Assembly (NCBI GenBank): GCA_028281965.1
Contig: JANQIY010000398.1
Span: 1 to 51,040, forward strand
From: Candidatus Gastranaerophilales bacterium
Lineage (GTDB): Bacteria; Cyanobacteriota; Vampirovibrionia; Gastranaerophilales; UBA9971
Direction: 5' to 3'
Length of the DNA stretch: 51,040 nucleotides
Of the stretch, positions 29,645 to 38,276 are shown in pieces. Both the position numbers and the translations under genes were made by a program. The notes under the pieces were generated by a model. The model ran no database searches. It saw nothing but the letters and a program-made list of their open reading frames with translations, and was not told the DNA's origin. Each line of letters starts with the position of its first letter. The first letter of the stretch is position 1.

Positions 29645-30661
29645 ATGTTAGGAAATACGGCAATAGGATGCGGGCCATTAGCACCTAAATTGGGGAATAA
29701 TTCCAGACCTGCGTTTGGTTCAACAGAAGAGCAACCGTCTATTTCTTCTGAAGGTGTCCAGCCGGATGAATTTGCAAAGACAGCCGGCTGTGAATCCTGC
29801 GAAGGGGCAGGTTGCCCGGCATGCCGGAACCCTGAAAAACCGGAAAAAACTTCTCCTCCTCAAGCTTATGAAGGAATAAATTGGAGTAGAGCAGGAAAAA
29901 AATTCCTTGAAGGAGTTAAATCCCCTATTGATGCAATAGCGGAGCATCCTGCCACAGCTTTTGTTGCAGGTGGAGTTGTTTATGTTATCAATAAAGTTGC
30001 AAACAAACTTAACTTAACTAAAATTCCTAAATTCGCTATTTATATGACGGCAGGCATTGCTACTTTTAATGTCGGCAAGGGGTTATATGATGTTGCAACA
30101 GGAGAAACCGCTGAAGAGAAAGAAAATGGTTTTAAAGATATAGGTCAGGGCGCAATATACGGTGCGCTTGCAGTATATCCAGCCAGAAGCGTCGCTATAG
30201 CTGATAAAGTGCCGAAGGTTACCGCGGAAACTCCCAGGTTAAATGCTTTCTGGCAGCTTTTAAGGTCAATACCAAATGATGTGAAACAAATTTCCAGCGG
30301 TGCCCTTCAATTTATAAAAGGGCAAAAAAAGGGAGTGGATGCTTTAAAAACAGCTCTTGGCCCTTCAACGGGCATGGTTACTGCCGGAACAACCGAAGCA
30401 TTGACAGGTACTGCGGCGGATTCTCAAACTCTTGACCCGCCTGATCCCATTGATATTGGCGGGGATAAAGATACTAATACAGGTGGAGAAACAGTTTTTG
30501 ATCGCGAAGATATGTCAATTCTTGTCGAAAAATTTACCGGCGATTCCACTATAGTCCCTGCCCTAGAACAAGTAGGGAATATTAGCCCAGTGGATGCAGC
30601 TGCTCAGGCAGCAGCGAATGATAATAATTATCTAATTGAAGAAAAAAGAGAAGCAGGTTAG
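29645..30661 (+). CDS. Hypothetical membrane protein with an N-terminal Cys cluster
   Basis: CESCEGAGCPAC cluster. Two to three hydrophobic helices (ATAFVAGGVVYVI, FAIYMTAGIATF, GAIYGALAVY). Acidic, low-complexity C-terminal half. I recognise no family. Confidence 0.5.
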   Translation: MLGNTAIGCGPLAPKLGNNSRPAFGSTEEQPSISSEGVQPDEFAKTAGCESCEGAGCPACRNPEKPEKTSPPQAYEGINWSRAGKKFLEGVKSPIDAIAEHPATAFVAGGVVYVINKVANKLNLTKIPKFAIYMTAGIATFNVGKGLYDVATGETAEEKENGFKDIGQGAIYGALAVYPARSVAIADKVPKVTAETPRLNAFWQLLRSIPNDVKQISSGALQFIKGQKKGVDALKTALGPSTGMVTAGTTEALTGTAADSQTLDPPDPIDIGGDKDTNTGGETVFDREDMSILVEKFTGDSTIVPALEQVGNISPVDAAAQAAANDNNYLIEEKREAG

Positions 30662-30691
30662 AGTTAATAATAAAAATACTCCAATAATCTT

Positions 30692-30737
30692 AAACCGGTC
30701 AGTATTAAACATTTAAGTACTTGACCGGTTTTTTTTG
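30692..30737 (+). terminator. Intrinsic terminator after the 338-aa orphan gene
   Basis: AAACCGGTCA ... TGACCGGTTT followed by a run of T residues. Confidence 0.65.
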
Positions 30738-30795
30738 AGGTATATCATGAGTTCACTATAACTTTATAAAAATACTTATATACAGAGAAAGTACA

Positions 30796-31386
30796 GTGGG
30801 TTCTGAAGGAGATAAAAATAACAATAATGACCTGTATAACCCGCGGTTTGAGAAAATCGGATATATACAGGTCTACACCGGCAATGGCAAAGGAAAGACC
30901 ACGGCTTCCCTCGGTTTAACAATGCGAGCGCTTGGCAGGGGCTGGAAAGTGCTGATAGTAATGTTCACTAAAGGCGGGGAACATTACGGAGAGCTGCGCT
31001 CATTCCGGGAACTCAGTCCCCGGATTAAAGACCTGCTTACCATAGAGCAAGCAGGGTTGGACAGGATAGTATTCTCAAAAAACCTGACTGATGAGGATAG
31101 AAAAGCTGTAAGAAAGGGCTGGAACCTTGTAAAAGACGCCGCAGATTCCGGAGAGTATGACTTGATAATCATGGACGAGGCAAATATTGCCATAGAGCTT
31201 GGCCTGATTGAACTTGAGGAGATGATGGGTTTTCTCAAAAATAAGCCGCAATACCTTGAGGTTGTACTCACAGGAAGGCATGCCCATGATGAAATCATCA
31301 GGATTGCCCACCTGGTATCTGAAATCCAGCCGCTAAAACATTACTGGAATATAGGTGTTCCTGCAAGAGAAGGCATTGAGTATTAA
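30796..31386 (+). CDS. cobO: Cob(I)yrinic acid a,c-diamide adenosyltransferase (CobA/CobO/BtuR type), GTG start
   Basis: P-loop VYTGNGKGKTTASLG and LIIMDE motif. Typical length of about 196 aa. Confidence 0.85.
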   Translation: MGSEGDKNNNNDLYNPRFEKIGYIQVYTGNGKGKTTASLGLTMRALGRGWKVLIVMFTKGGEHYGELRSFRELSPRIKDLLTIEQAGLDRIVFSKNLTDEDRKAVRKGWNLVKDAADSGEYDLIIMDEANIAIELGLIELEEMMGFLKNKPQYLEVVLTGRHAHDEIIRIAHLVSEIQPLKHYWNIGVPAREGIEY

Positions 31387-31508
31387 AAGTAGTACTTACG
31401 CAACTAAGGTTAAACAGTAATTAGGCACATAGCTGAAACACCTCTTGTTTAAGCAATACAGACTTTGTGACATACATAGATTCAATTCTTTTCTTTGCTT
31501 CATAAATA

Positions 31509-33839
31509 TTAACTTTTAGCTACATACAAATATTTTTGAAATCCGCAAAACATCTGTTTTATCTCGTTTATTGGGCCAAGTTCTTTCATTCCATCAGAAA
31601 TAGAATGATATTTTAAATTAATAAGGTCTGCCAGGCGGGCTTCATCAAGCTCATTAACACCATTTTCTATATATTGAGACAAAACAAACTCAATAAAAGC
31701 ATGTTGTCTTGATGCAAAATTATCCATTATGGCTACCTTGCTTCTTTCTACTCTTTCAGCCCTTTTCAATGGGTTTGCTTCAAAAGCTATATAGCATAGC
31801 ACATCATAAATATCACTGTTTTCCGCATCAATTAACTTTTCAAGTGTTTTAAAGTCCTCTGATGTATAGCCCTTGTCTGCTAATTTTTTTAGGAGTTTTT
31901 TTCTGGTGTCCGGCAAACTCCAAATTTTTCTTAATTCATCCTCATTTGCAAAAAACTCCGGTAATGAATTAAACAAAGTTTTTAAGTATTCTTCAGCGGA
32001 TATTGGCTTGCCGTCAGGCCCATAAAATTTTGTATCAATTTTATGATTAATTCTGCGTTCTTTACCTTCACAAAGTTTTATTCTTGTAATTGGTTTTGGC
32101 GGCTGTGGTGGAATGGGAGGCTCAGGGTCGTCTGTCGGTGGCTCAGGCGTTCCTGGCTCTTTAGGGCCTTTTGGTGATCTTGGCTCAGGGTCTATCGGTT
32201 CGCCATCCCATTCACTGTCATTAAAATGCTCGTGGGCTTTTACAAAATCATATATTGTAAAAAAGTCCTTGCCGTCAAAAAGCCTTGTCCCTCTACCTAT
32301 GATTTGTTTAAACTCAATCATTGACTTTATAGGGCGCATAAGAACAATATTTCTTACGTTCTTAGCATCAACTCCGGTTGAAAGTTTATGAGAGGTTGTT
32401 AATATTGTAGGAATTGTCTTTTCATTATCTTGGAATTGCCTTAAATACTGTTCGCCTAATTTTCCGTCATTTGCCGTTACCCTCACGCAGTAATTTGTAT
32501 TATTAGAGGTTTTTATTTGATTTATAAGGTTTCTAACTGCAAGGGCGTGTCTTTGATTTGCGCAAAATACAAGAGTTTTTTCATTCTGGTTAATCTGTTC
32601 CATAAATATTTTAACCCTGTTCCGCTCACGCTCTTCAATTTCAATTATTCGGTTAAAATCATTTTCAGTATATATTTTATTCTCATCAATCTGGCCTTCA
32701 AGAACATCGTCATCCGGCTCATATTCATACTCATCCAGCGTTGTTTCAACTTGCCTTACCTTAAACGGTGTTAAATAGCCGTCATTAATACCTTCTTTCA
32801 GAGAGTAGGTATAAACAGGCTCGCCAAAATATTCATAAGTATCCACGTTTTTATCACGTTTAGGCGTTGCTGTTAAACCAAGCTGAACCGCAGATGAAAA
32901 ATACTTCAAAATCTCTTTCCATTGACTTTCATCATTAGCGCCGCCTCTGTGGCATTCATCAATAACTATAAAATCAAAGAAGTCCTTTGGATAATCCCCA
33001 AAATACGGCGTATCATTTGGCCCGCTCATAAAGGTCTGGAATATCGTAAAAAATAGATTGCCGTTCTTTGGAACTTTACCCTTTTTTTTAATCTCATCAG
33101 GGGCAATCCTAATCAAGGCATCTTCCGGGAACGCAGTAAAAGCCATATACGCCTGGTCTGCTAGAATGTTCCTGTCCGCAAGAAATAAAATTCTTGGCCT
33201 TCTGTTGTCATTGCTAATGTTCCACCTTGACTGAAACAGCTTCCAGGCGATTTGAAAAGCGATTGCGGTCTTTCCTGTTCCGGTTGCAAGGGTTAATAAA
33301 ACTCTGTTCTTGCCTTCTGCTATTGCATCAAGAACTCTATTAACAGCAATTTCCTGATAGTATCTAGCCTCAAACGTTCCGCTTCTGTCTTCAAACGGTA
33401 TTTCCGCAAGTTTATTTGCTTCTTTTTCTTTCTGGAATGTCATGTTCCAGACTTCTTGCGGTGTTGGATAGCTGAAAACTTCTTTTTCTTCGGCTGTTTC
33501 CATATCAATCTGGTATATTCGCCTGCCGTTTGTTGAATAGGTGTATCTTACCTTTAGCTTTTCTGCGTATGTTTTAGCCTGTGCAACGCCTTCGGTGTAA
33601 TCCAATGCAATCTTTTTAGCTTCAACTACCGCAAGTTTTTTATTTTTGTATTGAAGGACATAATCGGCAATTTCCGGTTCGTTTCTTTTTCCGTGGCCTA
33701 TAAGGCGGCCTTTTGAAATTTTATATTCCCGAAAAATTTTAACATCAACATCAGCAGACCAGCCGCATTCCTTTAACTTCGGGTCAATGAGTTCGGCTCT
33801 TGTTTCCGCTTCATTCCAGGTGATGTCAAAGTCAGTCAT
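31509..33839 (-). CDS. hsdR: Type I restriction enzyme R subunit
   Basis: N-terminal nuclease region WNEAETRAELIDPKL ... VVEAKK. Helicase motif I LATGTGKT and motif II VIDECHR. C-terminal YDVLCYIAFEANPLKRAERV resembles the EcoEI-type R C-terminal domain. Start at ATG 33839 overlaps the upstream stop by 8 nt. Confidence 0.9.
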   Translation of the reverse strand: MTDFDITWNEAETRAELIDPKLKECGWSADVDVKIFREYKISKGRLIGHGKRNEPEIADYVLQYKNKKLAVVEAKKIALDYTEGVAQAKTYAEKLKVRYTYSTNGRRIYQIDMETAEEKEVFSYPTPQEVWNMTFQKEKEANKLAEIPFEDRSGTFEARYYQEIAVNRVLDAIAEGKNRVLLTLATGTGKTAIAFQIAWKLFQSRWNISNDNRRPRILFLADRNILADQAYMAFTAFPEDALIRIAPDEIKKKGKVPKNGNLFFTIFQTFMSGPNDTPYFGDYPKDFFDFIVIDECHRGGANDESQWKEILKYFSSAVQLGLTATPKRDKNVDTYEYFGEPVYTYSLKEGINDGYLTPFKVRQVETTLDEYEYEPDDDVLEGQIDENKIYTENDFNRIIEIEERERNRVKIFMEQINQNEKTLVFCANQRHALAVRNLINQIKTSNNTNYCVRVTANDGKLGEQYLRQFQDNEKTIPTILTTSHKLSTGVDAKNVRNIVLMRPIKSMIEFKQIIGRGTRLFDGKDFFTIYDFVKAHEHFNDSEWDGEPIDPEPRSPKGPKEPGTPEPPTDDPEPPIPPQPPKPITRIKLCEGKERRINHKIDTKFYGPDGKPISAEEYLKTLFNSLPEFFANEDELRKIWSLPDTRKKLLKKLADKGYTSEDFKTLEKLIDAENSDIYDVLCYIAFEANPLKRAERVERSKVAIMDNFASRQHAFIEFVLSQYIENGVNELDEARLADLINLKYHSISDGMKELGPINEIKQMFCGFQKYLYVAKS

Positions 33840-35289
33840 TTTTTCCCTCACTCGAAATAATAGCAACATATTTTTGATTTTTGCTGGTTTGTTTATCGGG
33901 TATTGTTTGTTTAATCAAGCCGTTATCCATCAATTTATTTATTTTGGTTTTAAAATGCTTTCTGTCCTTATAACCTAATATCTGCATTATTTCACTCAAG
34001 GATTTAGGTGTTTTACAAACCTCGATTATTTTAGCATCGTCTTGGGGGGTATCTTGGGGGGTATCTTGGGGGGTATCTTGGGGGGTATCTTGCCCCCTGT
34101 CCAGGTCTTTTAATTTTTCCGCACTATATTTGAAAGTGGTTGTAAACATAGTATCGTCAACAAATTCAGGGTTATTGCCAAAATATTCTTTTGAATACTT
34201 CATAATATTTCTTATTCCAGAGCCAAGCTCTTCTGCATATCCAATTTCCTTGAAAACTTTTGCTATTGTAGGATTTTTTGTATAAGGTCTAAAATCGTCA
34301 GGCTTTATGTTTCCATATACAAAAGGTTTGTTTCCGTTTTCTATAACGATTTTATCTTTTTCGATTATAAATCTTGCAAAAGAATGAGAAGAAAACTCTC
34401 TGTGGATAAGCGAATTAACCGCCAGTTCAGTAAAAATCAAGTTTCTTATATCAATTCTTATCCCTTTTTCATTTTCTTTAAAAGGTGATAGCAGATGTTT
34501 TTCGACAAACGCCATAATCCTGTCATAGCTATCAATAAGGTTTGTTTGAACAATATCTCTGTCATCATAGCGGTCAACATTTTCTTTTCTTAGAATCAAA
34601 TCTGTTCTGTAATGCGGTAAAATATTTTGAATAAGTAAATCTTTGCCAAACAACAAAACACAAGCAAGCGTGAAGCCGTCTTTTTGGTTGGAATAATCTT
34701 TAAGATGCAGTGATGCGCTTTTTATGAGTTCAAGATTATCCATTTTAGCCCAGGTATGATTTTTATTTCGGATAACTGCCATTTTTCTGACTTTTTCGAT
34801 GACTTCCTGGTTTAAGTCATCCATTGTTATGTATGGAAAAATTTGATTTTCTGAATAAGTGGAGCTTTTTCTTGTAAAGAGGTTTGCTACCAGAGTTTGA
34901 TTATTTGAGATGTTATAATCACCTTCGTGATTTCTTAAATAAATTTTCTTATCGCATTGATAAACCTGCGAACCTTCAGGGACATTTATGTATAAAATAA
35001 TTTTTCCGTCAATCTCAATTTCTTCAGGGCTAAGGTATACGGTAGGATTTATTTTTTGAGGATTATTTATTTCACTTGAAAAGTTCCTTTTAAAAGTTTC
35101 AATATTTTCAGGTTTTACGCCGGGGATATTTCTGTCATTGTCCACGCCTAATATAATTTCCCCGCCTTTTGTATTCAAAAAAGCGCAAACAGTTTCATAA
35201 ACACTGAGGGGCAAACCGCCCTGTGCGGATTTATATTCAACGTTTATTTTTTCACCTTTTGATATGAGGTTTTTGATACGTTCTTGCAT
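33832..35289 (-). CDS. AlbA_2/Schlafen-like (divergent AAA) + HATPase_c_4 + C-terminal wHTH protein embedded in the Type I R-M operon
   Basis: N-terminus VEYKSAQGGLP..VCAFLNTKGGEIILGVDNDRNIPGV. Middle ELAVNSLIHREF...IVIENGNKP. C-terminus LSEIMQILGYKDRKHFKTKINKLMDNGLIKQ..QKY. The linker carries (DTPQ)x4. Confidence 0.8.
   Translation of the reverse strand: MQERIKNLISKGEKINVEYKSAQGGLPLSVYETVCAFLNTKGGEIILGVDNDRNIPGVKPENIETFKRNFSSEINNPQKINPTVYLSPEEIEIDGKIILYINVPEGSQVYQCDKKIYLRNHEGDYNISNNQTLVANLFTRKSSTYSENQIFPYITMDDLNQEVIEKVRKMAVIRNKNHTWAKMDNLELIKSASLHLKDYSNQKDGFTLACVLLFGKDLLIQNILPHYRTDLILRKENVDRYDDRDIVQTNLIDSYDRIMAFVEKHLLSPFKENEKGIRIDIRNLIFTELAVNSLIHREFSSHSFARFIIEKDKIVIENGNKPFVYGNIKPDDFRPYTKNPTIAKVFKEIGYAEELGSGIRNIMKYSKEYFGNNPEFVDDTMFTTTFKYSAEKLKDLDRGQDTPQDTPQDTPQDTPQDDAKIIEVCKTPKSLSEIMQILGYKDRKHFKTKINKLMDNGLIKQTIPDKQTSKNQKYVAIISSEGKND
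34038..34097. repeat. Tandem 12-nt repeat, 5 units of which 3 are perfect (TATCTTGGGGGG), giving four G6 tracts on the plus strand
   Basis: cgtcttgggggg tatcttgggggg tatcttgggggg tatcttgggggg tatcttgccccc. In frame, encoding QDTPQDTPQDTPQDTPQD on the minus strand. Confidence 0.95.
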
Positions 35290-35303
35290 TTATTGATTAT
35301 ACC

Positions 35304-36545
35304 TTATACGAGGGTTTCACTTCTAGTCAGTTCGCCGCTGAAGGCTTTTTGCAGGATGGATTGTTTGAGTTCTTCTGCGAGTTTGATTTTTTGCTGGTAG
35401 ATTTGTTCGAGCTGTCGGGTTTCTTCTTGCATAGCATCAAGTTTTTCAACTATTTTTTGTTGAACTTTATAAGAAGGTATTGGCAAAGTAATTGTAGCAA
35501 GTCTTGTTAATGCCAATTTAGGCATTGCTGCTGTACGTGTTTTACCAAAAGCCTGCTCTGTAAAAGATTTAGTCTTTGTAAAGTAATATATAAACTTGTT
35601 GTATATAACATCGTTGAAAATTAACTTGCAAGCATTTTCTGTTAAATTTGCACCGTTTAATTCCTGTGGTATTATTCCTGTTTTGCCTATAGTTCCGGCA
35701 ATGCTAATATATAAATCATTTACCGTAATAGTATAATTTTTAATTTGTTTATAAACCTTTTCATCAATATAGTGAATATCATTTAAATCTACTGAGCCAT
35801 AATTGTTAAAATCTGTTACCCTTATGTATGGATAAGGTGTTTGTTTTGCTTGTAGCTTATACCCTTTAGGAACTCTTTTTCCACCTTTTATTTGAGCAAT
35901 ACATCCTAAACTTTTGTCTTCCCAATCATCAGTATTTTCTGTAAACACCCGATTCAAACTACTCTCAAACAGCTCCCGTGCATTCTGGAGATTTTGTTTT
36001 GCGTTTTGGGTTAGCTGGTCAATATCCTCAAAAGCCCTGTCCAGTATCTCGACTATGCGTTGCTGCTCGGCGAGGTCTTTCGGGAATTTAATCGGATAAT
36101 TTTCAATAAATTCAGGCGTTACCCTCTTATGCCCTACTGCACCTTTCATATTTTTTGAGCCTTGAGCCCTAAACTCATCCCTTAATAAAAAATAATAAAG
36201 AAATTCATTATTTAATTCAGGATTTGGCCTAAAAACAATATATTCACTTGAACCAAAACCAACAGCATTTGATAAATTCCTTGCAATTCCTAGCTTTCCA
36301 TTTTCAAAACACGGCGTTATTTTTGCTAATAACACATCACCATCAGCAAAATAGGTATAATTTTTTATAACTTTGTTTAAGTTTTTTGCTAGAGGAGCAG
36401 AAAAATATTTTGAATTTATCCCTAAATACTCCATAGGAACAAAAGAAACTAAATCGTCAGAGTTTAAACGTTCTCTTAATTCGCTTTTATGCGGTCTTAT
36501 AGTACAGACTTCCCCTAGCGTCTTTTCTTCCCAGCCCTGATTCAT
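35304..36545 (-). CDS. hsdS: Type I restriction-modification specificity subunit
   Basis: Two target-recognition halves, each followed by a conserved helix (LAEQQRIVEILD... and KVQQKIVEKLDAMQEE...LKQSILQKAFSGEL). Start overlaps the hsdM stop (ATGA). Confidence 0.85.
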   Translation of the reverse strand: MNQGWEEKTLGEVCTIRPHKSELRERLNSDDLVSFVPMEYLGINSKYFSAPLAKNLNKVIKNYTYFADGDVLLAKITPCFENGKLGIARNLSNAVGFGSSEYIVFRPNPELNNEFLYYFLLRDEFRAQGSKNMKGAVGHKRVTPEFIENYPIKFPKDLAEQQRIVEILDRAFEDIDQLTQNAKQNLQNARELFESSLNRVFTENTDDWEDKSLGCIAQIKGGKRVPKGYKLQAKQTPYPYIRVTDFNNYGSVDLNDIHYIDEKVYKQIKNYTITVNDLYISIAGTIGKTGIIPQELNGANLTENACKLIFNDVIYNKFIYYFTKTKSFTEQAFGKTRTAAMPKLALTRLATITLPIPSYKVQQKIVEKLDAMQEETRQLEQIYQQKIKLAEELKQSILQKAFSGELTRSETLV

Positions 36546-38002
36546 ACAAGCTCCTTGATTCTGGCCAGAATATTAGCACTCTGTTTATCGAGGTCGTACA
36601 TCTCGCTTATTATATCTTCAGGGCTTCGGTATTCGATTTCATCAGACCTGTTCGGGTTTTTTACCGATAAATCAAACGATGCTTCATCAATATCATTTAC
36701 ATTTACAAACCAGGAATTTTCCGTTTCCTTAAAGTCCTTCTGTAGCTCAAGAAACTCTTTTAAATCATTGTCATTAAGCGGGTTTGTTTTGCCTAAGTTC
36801 CTGTCCAAATTAAGCTGGTAATACCAAATCTTTCTGGTTGATTCGCCTTTTTTAAAGAACAGCACAACGGTTTTAACCCCTGCCGTGAATACTTTTGAGG
36901 GCAAATCAAGAACAGCGTATAAATTACAGCTTTCCAGCAGGTACTTTCTAAGCTCTTTAGCATCGCCATTTGATAAGAGCGTATTTTTTATGATAACACC
37001 GGCAGAACCGCCTGCCTTTAGCCTTTTAATAAAGTGTTGCAGGAATAAATAAGCGGTTTCGCTGGATTTAATCGGGAAGTTTTGCTGGACTTCTTTTCTT
37101 TCTTTCCCTCCAAACGGCGGATTTGCAATGATTACATCAAATCTGTCTTTTTCTTCCAAATCCATTATGTTTTCGCCAAGCGTGTTTGTATGAATAACGT
37201 CAGGGGCTTCTATGCCGTGAAGAATCATATTCATAATCGCTATAACATAAGGTAGAGGTTTCTTTTCTTTACCGAACAGAGTTTTTTCTTGTAGGGTCTG
37301 CATATCGTCAACAGATAATTGAGATTTACCGCTGTTTTTCGGGTCTTTTAAATAATCAAATGCTTCAACCAAGAACCCGGCGGAACCCACTGCACCATCG
37401 TAAATAGTATTTCCCAGCTTAGGTTTTACAGTGTTTATAATAGCCCGAATTAATGGCCGAGGGGTGTAGTATTCGCCTCCGTTGCGGCCTGTGTTGCCCA
37501 TGTTCTGGATTTTATCTTCGTATAATGAGGAAAGCTCGTGTTTGTCCTTGTTGGATTTGAAGTGCATACCGTTAATCGCTTCAATAACGTCCCGCATAAC
37601 GTATCCGCTCTGGATTTTGTTTTTGATTTCCCAAAACACTTCACCGATTTTATATTCAAGGCTTTTGGGGTTTATTGCTTTCTGCTTAAAACCTTGCAGG
37701 TATGGGAATAGTTTAAAATTAACAAAATCCCTTAAATCATCGCCGGTAAGGGCTTTGTTATGGTCAAACTTGCCGTCTTTAGTTGTAGGATATGCCCAGC
37801 TACTCCATGAATATTGCTGTTCAATAATGCGCTCATAGGTCTGGCCGTTAAGTTGAGCATACATTTCCTTTTCTGCTTCAAATTCTTCAAGGTATTTCAG
37901 GAATAAAAGCCATGAAGTCTGCTCTACATAGTCAAGCTCTGTGGAAACCCCGGCATCCTTAAATAAAACATCATCTATATTTTTAAAGCACTGCTCAAAC
38001 AT
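36542..38002 (-). CDS. hsdM: Type I restriction-modification N6-adenine DNA methyltransferase subunit
   Basis: HsdM N-terminal domain (SWLLFLKYLEE). AdoMet motif DGAVGSAGFL. Catalytic motif IIANPPFGG. Confidence 0.9.
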   Translation of the reverse strand: MFEQCFKNIDDVLFKDAGVSTELDYVEQTSWLLFLKYLEEFEAEKEMYAQLNGQTYERIIEQQYSWSSWAYPTTKDGKFDHNKALTGDDLRDFVNFKLFPYLQGFKQKAINPKSLEYKIGEVFWEIKNKIQSGYVMRDVIEAINGMHFKSNKDKHELSSLYEDKIQNMGNTGRNGGEYYTPRPLIRAIINTVKPKLGNTIYDGAVGSAGFLVEAFDYLKDPKNSGKSQLSVDDMQTLQEKTLFGKEKKPLPYVIAIMNMILHGIEAPDVIHTNTLGENIMDLEEKDRFDVIIANPPFGGKERKEVQQNFPIKSSETAYLFLQHFIKRLKAGGSAGVIIKNTLLSNGDAKELRKYLLESCNLYAVLDLPSKVFTAGVKTVVLFFKKGESTRKIWYYQLNLDRNLGKTNPLNDNDLKEFLELQKDFKETENSWFVNVNDIDEASFDLSVKNPNRSDEIEYRSPEDIISEMYDLDKQSANILARIKELV

Positions 38003-38093
38003 ATCTTCCTATCCCTCACACACTGTATGAAAAATTATATCATGAAGATTTGTACTACTTGAATAATTATGTATAACTTTGTATAACTTTAGT

Positions 38094-38276
38094 ATGGATA
38101 TGAAGGATTATATAAAAATTGAAGAAGCCGCTAAAATTCTCAATGTAAGCAAAATGACTTTAAGACGCTGGGATAATGAAGGAAAGCTAAAAGCCTATCG
38201 TCATCCAATAAATAATTGGCGTTTATACAAAAGGCAGGATATTGAAAATTTACTGAAAGGCATATCGAATGACTAA
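38094..38276 (+). CDS. MerR/excisionase-type HTH fragment, probably the detached N-terminus of the recombinase that follows
   Basis: IKIEEAAKILNVSKMTLRRWDNEGKLKAYRHPINNWRLY. The ORF-track TTG start at 38079 is replaced by ATG at 38094. It ends in a different frame, overlapping the next ORF at an A6 run. Confidence 0.55.
   Translation: MDMKDYIKIEEAAKILNVSKMTLRRWDNEGKLKAYRHPINNWRLYKRQDIENLLKGISND

Noticed and set aside
33840-33869. The 10-codon N-terminal extension of hsdR (MLLLFRVREK)
   Set aside because: The ATG at 33839 gives the classic 8-nt stop/start overlap (ATGACTGA) with the upstream gene and begins the conserved HsdR N-terminal region.
31388-38060. 9-nt inverted repeat AAGTAGTAC (31388-31396) / GTACTACTT (38052-38060) bracketing the R-M operon as possible island ends
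   Set aside because: It is only 9 nt in AT-rich DNA, so a chance match is plausible given how many positions I compared. It does not enclose the recombinase remnant.
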